Part shown: in pieces, positions 1-6,976 of the stretch
Layout of the letters: each line of letters opens with the position of its first letter
How positions within the stretch are numbered: the first letter of the stretch is position 1
Source of the DNA: an uncultured Alphaproteobacteria bacterium
GTDB lineage: Bacteria; Pseudomonadota; Alphaproteobacteria; HIMB59; GCA-002718135
Assembly: GCA_902619045.1 (NCBI GenBank)
Contig: CACNCX010000001.1
Coordinates: 592-64,591, forward strand
DNA: 64,000 bases
Reading direction: 5' to 3'
Notes under the pieces: model-generated
The model's database searches: none
Seen by the model: only the letters and a program-made list of their open reading frames with translations
Told to the model about the DNA's origin: nothing
Translations under genes and position numbers: made by a program

Positions 1-1
1 T

Positions 2-100
2 TTTATTTTTGATGAAAAGGTTAATAATAAATGGAATGATGCATTTAACTTATTAGGAATAGATGCAAGTAAACTTTCAATATTTTCAGGCAGCTGTTAA
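2..100 (+). CDS. 3' end of an unidentified CDS entering from the left edge (...FIFDEKVNNKWNDAFNLLGIDASKLSIFSGSC*)
   Basis: Frame 2 is open from the window edge to TAA at 98-100. The peptide is not low-complexity. No family recognised. Confidence 0.3.
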   Translation, partial: FIFDEKVNNKWNDAFNLLGIDASKLSIFSGSC

Positions 101-292
101 TTATAAAATAATATCAAAAACTCTTTCCTTATCTTTTTCTAAAACTTTTTTTATTTTAAACTTTGCAGTTTTTGTAAGCTTCATACCTTTATTAGTCACA
201 AATGATTTCATTTTAATTACTTCTTTTTCCGGCATTTTTCTTTCATATTTCAAAATATGTTTCTTTCCACTAATCATAAATGCTGTCTTCAT
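101..292 (-). CDS. Hypothetical small basic protein (63 aa, Lys-rich)
   Basis: ORF track. AAAGGAG Shine-Dalgarno about 7 nt upstream of the ATG at 292. The purine-rich coding strand matches the other minus-strand genes. No family recognised. Confidence 0.55.
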   Translation of the reverse strand: MKTAFMISGKKHILKYERKMPEKEVIKMKSFVTNKGMKLTKTAKFKIKKVLEKDKERVFDIIL

Positions 293-310
293 ATTTTATC
301 TCCTTTATGT

Positions 311-343
311 TTAAGAGAGGTAGATTACCTCTCTTAATTTTTT
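311..343 (+). terminator. Perfect 10-bp hairpin followed by T6, terminator-like only in the + orientation
   Basis: Stem ttaagagagg (311-320) / cctctcttaa (328-337), 7-nt loop, TTTTTT at 338-343. On the minus strand the hairpin is followed by AAACAUAAAGGAG, with no U-tract. Confidence 0.45.
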
Positions 344-352
344 ATATAAGTA

Positions 353-1639
353 TTAATCTCTAATTGAATAAGCTACCACTCCAACCTCGGCTTTATCAGT
401 ACCAAGTTTTTCAGCTTCTTCACTTATTCTTAATCCCATAATATTTTTAATTAAATATATTACAATATATGAGAAAACAAAAACAAAGATACACACTGAT
501 GCGACACCCAGTAATTGAATTGAGTATGATGCATCAGGATTAGTTAGAGGGACAACTAATGTTCCCCAAATACCAGCAAACATATGTACGGGTATTGCAC
601 CAACAACATCATCTAGTTTTAATGAATTTAAAAAGTTAGTTCCATAATACATTATTACTCCACCAACTGCCCCAATTCCGATTGCAAGCAATGGACTAGG
701 CATTAATGGCTCAGCTGTTATTGAAACTAAACCTGCAAGTGCTCCATTAAGCATCATGACAATATCAGTTTTTCCACCTATTAATCTTGTTATTGCTGCG
801 CCAGCCATACATCCACCACACGCTGCAAGTTGAGTGTTCATGAAGATTTTTGACATTGCTGTTGCATCTTCATAAGAACCTAATGCAAGTTGCGATCCGC
901 CATTAAAACCGTACCAACCCATCCATAAAATAAATGTTCCTAATGTAACTAAAGGAATTGATGATGGAGCAAATGGAGCCATATTAGCTGGTTCTCCACT
1001 CGCACTGAATCTTCCAAGTCTTGGACCTAAAAGAATTACTCCTGCTAAAGCTGCAGAACCACCGCAAGCGTGGACTAATGTTGAGCCAGCAAAATCTGCA
1101 AAACCTAGGGCGTCTAACCATCCTCCACCCCATTCCCAACCCATTTGAATTGGATAAATTACTCCTCCAAGAACTGCAGCAAAAGTGAAGAAAGGCCAAA
1201 TTTTTATTCGCTCTGCAACAGCACCAGATACAATTGAAACAGTTGCACAAACAAATAAAGCTTGAAAAAACCAATCTGACGCATCTGAATAACCTGTTTC
1301 CATAGATGAATTATCAGTCCATATAGATGGTGTACCAACATAACCTCCTTCAGGAACAGAATATCCAAGATTATAGCCAATTAAATAGAAAACAATTGAA
1401 ACAATTGCGAACTTTCCAATATTTTTAGCAGCAATAGTTGATACACTTCTCGTTGTAACGAGACCTGATTCTAAAAATAGAAATCCTGCAGCCATCCACA
1501 TGACTAAAAATCCACATACTAAAAAAGAAAATGTATTAAATATATATGCTACTTCAGCGTCAACCTCTGCTCTCACAGATGAACTTAGCAATAAAATAAA
1601 AGAGAAAATTGCAAAAAGACTAAAAAATTTTTTATACAT
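353..1639 (-). CDS. amt: Ammonium transporter (Amt/AmtB family), paralog 1, 428 aa
   Basis: The translation has Amt-family blocks (AAGFLFLESG, FAGSTLVH, GFNGGS, VGAIPVH). N-terminal signal-like segment ...SSSVRA/EV. SD uauauGGAGuu upstream of the ATG. Confidence 0.95.
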   Translation of the reverse strand: MYKKFFSLFAIFSFILLLSSSVRAEVDAEVAYIFNTFSFLVCGFLVMWMAAGFLFLESGLVTTRSVSTIAAKNIGKFAIVSIVFYLIGYNLGYSVPEGGYVGTPSIWTDNSSMETGYSDASDWFFQALFVCATVSIVSGAVAERIKIWPFFTFAAVLGGVIYPIQMGWEWGGGWLDALGFADFAGSTLVHACGGSAALAGVILLGPRLGRFSASGEPANMAPFAPSSIPLVTLGTFILWMGWYGFNGGSQLALGSYEDATAMSKIFMNTQLAACGGCMAGAAITRLIGGKTDIVMMLNGALAGLVSITAEPLMPSPLLAIGIGAVGGVIMYYGTNFLNSLKLDDVVGAIPVHMFAGIWGTLVVPLTNPDASYSIQLLGVASVCIFVFVFSYIVIYLIKNIMGLRISEEAEKLGTDKAEVGVVAYSIRD

Positions 1640-1667
1640 TATTTAACTCCATATAAAATTATAAACA

Positions 1668-1688
1668 CATAACTAACCTTTAGTTATG
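1668..1688 (-). promoter_or_regulatory. Leader hairpin between the riboswitch aptamers and the amt1 SD (expression-platform candidate)
   Basis: Minus strand CAUAACUAA-AGG-UUAGUUAUG followed by UGUUUAUAAUUUUAUAUGGAG. The amt2 leader has a hairpin at the same position with a different sequence. Confidence 0.5.
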
Positions 1689-1730
1689 CATTACTTCATG
1701 CGTAGCTATGGAAATTAATTAATAAGATCC

Positions 1731-1781
1731 GCGTTCCTTCGGGTATACCTACTTCCGATTTGCAAACTGCAAATTGAACGA
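1731..1781 (-). promoter_or_regulatory. Glutamine riboswitch (glnA RNA motif)-like aptamer, gene-proximal copy, amt1 leader
   Basis: Minus strand UCGUUCAAUUUGCAGUUUGCAAAUCGGAAGUAGGUAUACCCGAAGGAACGC. It has a CGUUC...GGAACG closing helix, an internal hairpin, CGGAAGUAG, a short hairpin and GAAGGAACGC, as I recall the glnA RNA consensus. Confidence 0.75.
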
Positions 1782-1797
1782 TTTAATAACTTTGCAT

Positions 1798-1848
1798 GCG
1801 TTCCTTCGACTTTCGTCTACTTCCGTCACCCTATAAGATGATGAACGT
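1798..1848 (-). promoter_or_regulatory. Glutamine riboswitch (glnA RNA motif)-like aptamer, distal copy, amt1 leader
   Basis: Minus strand ACGUUCAUCAUCUUAUAGGGUGACGGAAGUAGACGAAAGUCGAAGGAACGC. Same signature, with a GAC-GAAA-GUC tetraloop hairpin. Separated from the proximal aptamer by a 16-nt linker. Confidence 0.75.
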
Positions 1849-1916
1849 GATATGACTTATAACAACTATTTAGAAAGTATCAATAAATAGTATTTAATTT
1901 AATTACTAAAATATAA

Positions 1917-2291
1917 TTAGTTTTCTAAACTCATTTTATTAAAAAAAGTTCCTTCTTTTTTTAACCAACCATTAATCGTATCAAGAAAATTGTTGCTTAA
2001 ATAGTAGTTTTTGATTCGTTTGTCAGATTTACTTTGCTCTTTAACAAAAATATTTTTTTCTAAAGCTTCGTTTAAAATTGATTGAATAGATGATCTGGAG
2101 CCAATTGATTTAGGTATATTTGCACATATTGCTTCAAATGAAATTCCACTTAGCATATTATTTTCATAAATTTCTAGAGAGATCACGTGGTGTAAAATTG
2201 ACTTGAATAAAAATTTTGAGACATAATCTTCTGAAAAGAAGCTTGAATATATATTTCTTTTCTTTTCTTTAATAATTTCTGTTTCTGTCAT
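1917..2291 (-). CDS. Hypothetical 124-aa protein, possible winged-helix DNA-binding protein
   Basis: ORF track. GGAG 8 nt upstream of the ATG. The segment ISFEAICANIPKSIGSRSSIQSILNEALEKNIFVKEQSKSDKRIKNYYLS resembles helix-turn-helix plus a wing (D-K-R-x-K-x-Y-x-L-S, MarR/PadR-like). Judged by eye only. Confidence 0.6.
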   Translation of the reverse strand: MTETEIIKEKKRNIYSSFFSEDYVSKFLFKSILHHVISLEIYENNMLSGISFEAICANIPKSIGSRSSIQSILNEALEKNIFVKEQSKSDKRIKNYYLSNNFLDTINGWLKKEGTFFNKMSLEN

Positions 2292-2321
2292 TTGAGTCTC
2301 CGACTAATATTTAGCAAATTC

Positions 2322-2341
2322 GGGAGAGCAAATGCTCTCCC
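2322..2341 (-). terminator. GC-rich hairpin downstream of amt2 (terminator-like)
   Basis: GGGAGAGC-AUUU-GCUCUCCC on the minus strand, followed by GAAUUUGCUAAAUAUU (weak U-tract). It lies 50 nt after the amt2 stop. Confidence 0.5.
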
Positions 2342-2391
2342 ATTTATTAGTGACCAACTATAAGGAGTTGATTTGCTAATCACTAAATTCA

Positions 2392-3678
2392 TTAGTCTCT
2401 GATGCTGTAAGCCATAACACCTACTTCAGATTTATCAGTACCAAGTTTTTCAGCTTCTTCACTAATTCTAATACCAAAGAGCATTTTCATGATGTACCAA
2501 ATGATAAATGATACAACAAAAACGAAAACATTAATTGCAATTATACCGTAAAGTTGTGCGCCAAAACTTGCTGCACTATTAGAAATTGGAACAACTAATG
2601 TTCCAAAAATTCCAGCAAAACCATGTACAGGAATTGCTCCAACAACATCATCAATTTTAAATGAAATTAAAAGTCTTGTTCCATAGAACACAATTAATCC
2701 ACCAATTGCACCAATGATTACTGCTAGGAATGGCGAAGGTGCTAATGGTTCTGCAGTAATTGCTACTAAACCACCTAGTGCACCATTAAGCATCATTACA
2801 ACATCTGTTTTACCAGTTACTAACCTTGAAATAACTGCACAAGCCATTACACCTGCACCAGCTGCCAAGTTAGTATTTATATATATAGTCGCTACTGCTG
2901 TAACGTCATCGAATGTACCCATTGCTAATTGTGATCCACCGTTAAATCCGAACCATCCGAGCCATAGAATAAATACACCAAGAGTTGCAAGAGGTATTGA
3001 AGAATTTGCAAAAGGCTCCATTGGAGCTGCTTCACCGCTATCAGTGAAACGTCCTAATCTTGGACCTAGTAAAATCGCACCAGCTAGTGCTGCTGCTGCC
3101 CCTGCACTGTGAACTAGAGTTGATCCAGCAAAATCTGAGAAACCTGCTTCTGCTAAGTATCCTCCACCCCACTGCCAACCCATTTCGATTGGATAGATGA
3201 AACCAGTTAATAAAGCACAAAAAATAAAGAATGGCCAAATTTTGATTCTTTCAGCTAGTGTTCCAGATACAATTGAGCAAGTTGTTGCACAAAATACCAT
3301 CTGAAAGAACCAGTCAGAACCATCTGAATAACCTGTATCAAGAGCGCTACCATCACTCCAAGGAAGTGGAGATCCAATAAAACCGCCTGCAGGAATGCCA
3401 TATGCCATGTTATATCCAACTAACCAGAACATTAAACCAGCTATTGAATATAAGCCTATATTTTTTGCAGCAATTGTTGCTACACTTTTGGACGTAACAA
3501 GTCCTGATTCAAGCATTGCAAATCCTGCTGCCATCCACATGACTAAGAACCCAGATACAAGAAATAGGAATGTATTTAAAATGTATTGCACTTCACCGTC
3601 TACTTCGGCTCTTGCATATGAACTGAAGAGCATAAAGACAGCAAGAATGCTAATGAAATATATAGATTTTTTTAACAT
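2392..3678 (-). CDS. amt: Ammonium transporter (Amt/AmtB family), paralog 2, 428 aa
   Basis: About two-thirds identical to paralog 1 by eye, with the same length and C-terminus (RISEEAEKLGTDK.EVGV.AYSIRD). Start moved from 3708 to the ATG at 3678 (MLKKSIYF...). That start has a GGAGG SD at 3683-3687 and aligns with the paralog 1 N-terminus. Confidence 0.95.
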   Translation of the reverse strand: MLKKSIYFISILAVFMLFSSYARAEVDGEVQYILNTFLFLVSGFLVMWMAAGFAMLESGLVTSKSVATIAAKNIGLYSIAGLMFWLVGYNMAYGIPAGGFIGSPLPWSDGSALDTGYSDGSDWFFQMVFCATTCSIVSGTLAERIKIWPFFIFCALLTGFIYPIEMGWQWGGGYLAEAGFSDFAGSTLVHSAGAAAALAGAILLGPRLGRFTDSGEAAPMEPFANSSIPLATLGVFILWLGWFGFNGGSQLAMGTFDDVTAVATIYINTNLAAGAGVMACAVISRLVTGKTDVVMMLNGALGGLVAITAEPLAPSPFLAVIIGAIGGLIVFYGTRLLISFKIDDVVGAIPVHGFAGIFGTLVVPISNSAASFGAQLYGIIAINVFVFVVSFIIWYIMKMLFGIRISEEAEKLGTDKSEVGVMAYSIRD

Positions 3679-3705
3679 TAATCCTCCATTATAAATTTCA
3701 CTGTA

Positions 3706-3726
3706 CATGACTCACATTGAGTCATG
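3706..3726 (-). promoter_or_regulatory. Leader hairpin between the riboswitch aptamers and the amt2 SD (expression-platform candidate)
   Basis: Minus strand CAUGACUCA-AUG-UGAGUCAUG, followed by UACAGUGAAAUUUAUAAUGGAGG. Same position as the amt1-leader hairpin, but the sequence is unrelated. Confidence 0.5.
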
Positions 3727-3770
3727 CGTTACTTTTCATGCTTAGCTATGGAAATTAAATAATAAGATCC

Positions 3771-3822
3771 GCGTTCCTTCGGGTTCAACCTACTTCCGAT
3801 TTGCCATAGGCAAATTGAACGA
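3771..3822 (-). promoter_or_regulatory. Glutamine riboswitch (glnA RNA motif)-like aptamer, proximal copy, amt2 leader
   Basis: Minus strand UCGUUCAAUUUGCCUAUGGCAAAUCGGAAGUAGGUUGAACCCGAAGGAACGC. The internal helix differs from the amt1 copy by a compensatory A-U to C-G change. Confidence 0.75.
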
Positions 3823-3838
3823 TATTATAACTTTGCAT

Positions 3839-3889
3839 GCGTTCCTTCGACTTTCGTCTACTTCCGTCACCCTGTAAGGTGATGAACGT
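3839..3889 (-). promoter_or_regulatory. Glutamine riboswitch (glnA RNA motif)-like aptamer, distal copy, amt2 leader
   Basis: Minus strand ACGUUCAUCACCUUACAGGGUGACGGAAGUAGACGAAAGUCGAAGGAACGC. It differs from the amt1 distal copy at 2 positions: one converts a U.G pair to C-G, the other is in a loop. Confidence 0.75.
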
Positions 3890-3965
3890 GATTACTGATT
3901 TAGTTTAATATTAATTTTTAGTAAGATTATAATCGTTAACATTAATATGCAAAAAATGCATATAG

Positions 3966-3995
3966 TAATATTTCCCTGTTTTATGGGAAATATTA
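3966..3995 (-). terminator. 11-bp hairpin immediately after the upstream oxidoreductase gene
   Basis: taatatttccc (3966-3976) / gggaaatatta (3985-3995), 8-nt loop, starting 1 nt after the stop at 3997. On the minus strand it is followed by CUAUAUGCAUUUUUUGC, a displaced U-run. Confidence 0.5.
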
Positions 3996-3996
3996 G

Positions 3997-5148
3997 CTAT
4001 TTTATTGTTGATAAATCAGTCCAAGCAGAGTTATTGTTACTAGAATTTACACTTGCATTAATAAATTTCATAATATGCAAACCATCATCAATATTTGGGA
4101 GTAACTTTAATAAATATTCCTTATTTTCCTTATTTTGTATAACATCGGCAGCGTCTGAATAAATCTGTGCAAATGCTTCAAGATACCCTTCTGGATGACC
4201 AGCAGGGATTCGCACGTTAGCCTCAGTTCCTTCAACTTTGATAGAACCGCCCCTTGTTATTATTTGGCTAGGTTCTCCTACTTTACTAAATGTTGCATAA
4301 TTTGGATTTTCTTGACTCCATTTTAAAGCTCCCTTTTCTCCATAAATAGCTACAGTAAAATTATTTTCTTCTCCTGTCGCAACTTGAGAGATAGATAATG
4401 AGCCCTTAGCTCCGTTGTTTAATCTTATCATTATTGACGCATCGTCATCTAATTTTCTTCCTTCAACAAATGTTGTAAGATCTGCACTAACTGATTGTAA
4501 TTTTAATTGAGTTATAAATTCCAATAAATGCATAGTGTGACTACCAATATCACCTACACCTCCTGCAGCTCCACTTCTTAAGGGATCTGTTCTCCATTCT
4601 GCTTGTTTATTTGAACCAGAATCCTCTTCTTTTGATCCAAGCCATCCTTGCAAATAAGATCCTTTAACAATTCTTATTTTTCCAAGTGCTCCATTTTCAA
4701 TAAGTGATCTCATACCTCTAACAACTGGATATCCAGAATAATTATGAGTTAAGAAAAAATGAGCATCAGATTTAGAAACTGCATCAACTAATTTATGAGC
4801 ATCTTCCATTGAAGAGGTCATAGGTTTGTCACAAATGACATGAATATTTTTATTTAGAAATTCAATTGCTGGTGCAGCATGCATATGATTTGGTGTAACA
4901 ATAGATACTACATCAATACCATCATCTCTTTTAGCTTCTTCCTCAGCCATCGTTTTAAAATCAGGATAACTTCTTGAAGGATCGAGACCAATTTCTTCAG
5001 CAGATTTTGCTGCTTTTTCTGGAGTTGAAGATAAACAACCAGCAACAAATTCATATTTATCATCCATTCTTGCACATAGACGATGAACAGCTCCAATAAA
5101 AGCTCCTTGACCACCACCTATCATTCCTAATTTTAATCTTTTTGCCAT
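3997..5148 (-). CDS. Gfo/Idh/MocA-family NAD(P)-dependent oxidoreductase
   Basis: N-terminal Rossmann motif LGMIGGGQGAFIG, plus typical family length and C-terminal alpha/beta domain. Confidence 0.85.
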   Translation of the reverse strand: MAKRLKLGMIGGGQGAFIGAVHRLCARMDDKYEFVAGCLSSTPEKAAKSAEEIGLDPSRSYPDFKTMAEEEAKRDDGIDVVSIVTPNHMHAAPAIEFLNKNIHVICDKPMTSSMEDAHKLVDAVSKSDAHFFLTHNYSGYPVVRGMRSLIENGALGKIRIVKGSYLQGWLGSKEEDSGSNKQAEWRTDPLRSGAAGGVGDIGSHTMHLLEFITQLKLQSVSADLTTFVEGRKLDDDASIMIRLNNGAKGSLSISQVATGEENNFTVAIYGEKGALKWSQENPNYATFSKVGEPSQIITRGGSIKVEGTEANVRIPAGHPEGYLEAFAQIYSDAADVIQNKENKEYLLKLLPNIDDGLHIMKFINASVNSSNNNSAWTDLSTIK

Positions 5149-5160
5149 TTAAATTCCTTC

Positions 5161-6213
5161 CTAAATACCTAAAAGTTTTTTATTAGTTTCTTCATCCATT
5201 CCTGAGTCAGCAAAATCATCAAATGCTTTTTCAGTTACATCGATAATATGTTCTTTTATAAATTTGGCACCCTCTTCTGCTCCTTGTTGAGGGCTTTTTA
5301 TACAACATTCCCATTCTAGCACTGCCCATCCATCAAAATTATAACCAGATAGTTTTGAAAAAATAGATTTAAAGTCAACCTGACCATCTCCCAATGATCT
5401 AAATCTGCCTGCTCTATTAATCCAAGATTGAAAACCTCCGTATACACCTTGTTTCCCACTTGGATTTAATTCTGCATCCTTTACGTGAAACATTTTTAAT
5501 TTGTCATGATAGATATCAATATGATCTAAATAATTTAAATGTTGAAGAATAAAATGACTTGGATCATAAAGCATATTACATCGTGGATGATTACCAACCT
5601 TTTCTAAAAACATTTCAAAAGTAATGCCATCATGGAGGTCTTCACCAGGATGAATTTCATAACAAAGATCTACCCCAGCTTCGTCAAATTTATTTAAAAT
5701 TGGTTTCCATCTTTTTGCAAGTTCATTAAAAGCTTCATCTACTAATCCTTCTGGTCTTTGAGGCCATGGATATAAATATGGCCAAGCTAGCGCACCAGAA
5801 AAAGTTGCATGTGCATTTAGTCCAAAGTTCTTTGAAGCCATTGCTGCTTGCATTAATTGATCAATGGCCCATTCTTTTCTTTTAGTTGGATTACCTCTTA
5901 CTTTTTCATCTGCGAATCCATCAAAAGGAATATCGTATGCAGGATGAACAGCAACAAGCTGACCTTGAAGGTGAGTAGATAGCTCTGTCAGTTGTAAATT
6001 ATTATTTTCAAGAATTCCTTTTATATGATCACAATAATCTTTACTTTCAGACGCTTTTTTTAAATCTATTAATCTTGAATCCCAAGAAGGTATCTGTACG
6101 CCTTTATATCCTAAATTAGAAGCCCATTTTGAAATTGACTCTAATGAGTTAAAAGGTTCATCATCACTTACAAACTGGGCAAGAAATATTGCAGGGCCTT
6201 TTATTTTTTTCAT
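5161..6213 (-). CDS. Sugar phosphate isomerase/epimerase (xylose isomerase-like TIM barrel) family protein
   Basis: The 350-aa translation shows family-typical blocks (YEIHPGE, FHVKD, AVLEWE). Paired with a Gfo/Idh/MocA gene, a common arrangement. Confidence 0.75.
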   Translation of the reverse strand: MKKIKGPAIFLAQFVSDDEPFNSLESISKWASNLGYKGVQIPSWDSRLIDLKKASESKDYCDHIKGILENNNLQLTELSTHLQGQLVAVHPAYDIPFDGFADEKVRGNPTKRKEWAIDQLMQAAMASKNFGLNAHATFSGALAWPYLYPWPQRPEGLVDEAFNELAKRWKPILNKFDEAGVDLCYEIHPGEDLHDGITFEMFLEKVGNHPRCNMLYDPSHFILQHLNYLDHIDIYHDKLKMFHVKDAELNPSGKQGVYGGFQSWINRAGRFRSLGDGQVDFKSIFSKLSGYNFDGWAVLEWECCIKSPQQGAEEGAKFIKEHIIDVTEKAFDDFADSGMDEETNKKLLGI

Positions 6214-6247
6214 ATTAAATCTCCATAATTATTTAAACACGAAACAG

Positions 6248-6976
6248 TTAGGTAGTCATTAAATTTTTAAAATTTTCGTAAAGTTTTTTAGTATTTTTGT
6301 TCATTTCTTGAATATTATTTCTAAGCGATTTATCCAGTTCATCAATAGAATTTTTTCCTAAATATTTTTCTAAAGCATTTTTTAATTCAGGAACTTTAGA
6401 CCATTTAATAATTGTGTTTTCATCTACTTCTATATGAAATTGAATGCCATAAGCATGATTTTTATACTTAAATATTTGAAATTTTGTAATATCTGATGAA
6501 CCCAAAATAGTAACTTCAGAATTATTTAGTTCACTTACTTCGTAACTATGCCATTGCAATGCTTTAATCTGATTATCAAAATTTTGAAAAATTTGATCCT
6601 TTTTTTTATTATCTAAAATATTAATATTTAAAATCCCAATTTCTGGAGGATTAGATTTAATTACTTTACCGCCAAGAATTTCACCTAAAAATTGACAGCC
6701 TAAACAGATTCCGAGATATGGTTTTTGATTATTTAGAACAAATTCCTTTATCTTATTTTTTTCATCAATCATCCACGGATATTGTTCTTCCATCCAAGTA
6801 TCCATTGGTCCACCTAAACATATCATTCCATCAAACATATCAAGATTAACAGGAACCTTTTCTCCTTGATCCAATCGAATAATAGTTGGTTCTACTAAGT
6901 CTTCATTCATTAACTTGGTAAAGTACCCAGGTGTTACTAAGGGAGTATGTTGAAGAATAATTATTTTATGAGACAC
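6248..6976 (-). CDS. Class I glutamine amidotransferase (stand-alone GuaA-like GATase domain)
   Basis: Nucleophile elbow GICLGCQ and a downstream FHIE His/Glu motif. Confidence 0.8.
   Translation of the reverse strand: MSHKIIILQHTPLVTPGYFTKLMNEDLVEPTIIRLDQGEKVPVNLDMFDGMICLGGPMDTWMEEQYPWMIDEKNKIKEFVLNNQKPYLGICLGCQFLGEILGGKVIKSNPPEIGILNINILDNKKKDQIFQNFDNQIKALQWHSYEVSELNNSEVTILGSSDITKFQIFKYKNHAYGIQFHIEVDENTIIKWSKVPELKNALEKYLGKNSIDELDKSLRNNIQEMNKNTKKLYENFKNLMTT

Noticed and set aside
63-314. 83-aa + strand ORF (Phe/Ile/Leu-rich)
   Set aside because: It is the antisense shadow of the 101-292 minus-strand ORF. The peptide is low-complexity, as expected from reading a T-rich strand. It has no SD, and it runs through the hairpin at 311-337.
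1694-1702. Tiny upstream ORFs in the amt leaders (AUG AAG UAA in leader 1; AUG AAA AGU AAC GCA UGA at about 3723-3740 in leader 2) as possible leader peptides
   Set aside because: Length and sequence are not conserved between the two leaders and no SD precedes them. The conserved nucleotides are better explained as RNA structure or anti-SD.
984-3694. Nested and antisense ORFs inside the amt genes (984-1274, 2714-3112, 3041-3238, 3395-3694)
   Set aside because: They lie entirely within confidently assigned Amt coding sequence, in other frames or on the other strand. Their translations are compositionally odd (Cys/Arg/Ser-rich or Pro/Ala-rich). The same reasoning applies to the other internal ORFs in the track, such as 11241-11639, 35893-36183, 48303-48620, 51719-51988 and 60752-61078.
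3679-3708. Track N-terminal extensions of amt2, and similarly lpxK (22559-22636), the permease (50025-50108), the oxidoreductase (37352-37375), PhyH (54968-54979) and the permease (61090-61113)
   Set aside because: These are longest-ORF artefacts. Downstream ATGs have better SD or overlap geometry (ATGA/TAATG), align with paralogs or family N-termini, and avoid long overlaps with the upstream gene.
3891-3965. Sigma70-like promoter for the amt2 leader (TATAAT at 3926-3931 on the minus strand, with TTTTGC 17 nt upstream)
   Set aside because: TATAAT-like hexamers are abundant by chance in DNA this AT-rich, and the amt1 leader has no equally good match. It is not reported as a feature without transcription-start data.
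3966-3977. The 12-mer TAATATTTCCCT is shared with 57736-57747. Both copies lie just downstream of a Gfo/Idh/MocA gene, and both have a (near-)complementary GGGAAATATT / GAGAAATATT arm.
   Set aside because: In 64 kb of roughly 30% GC DNA, many 12-mer coincidences are expected by chance. The arm spacing differs (8 versus 25 nt) and the second palindrome is imperfect. This is not enough to call a shared operator.
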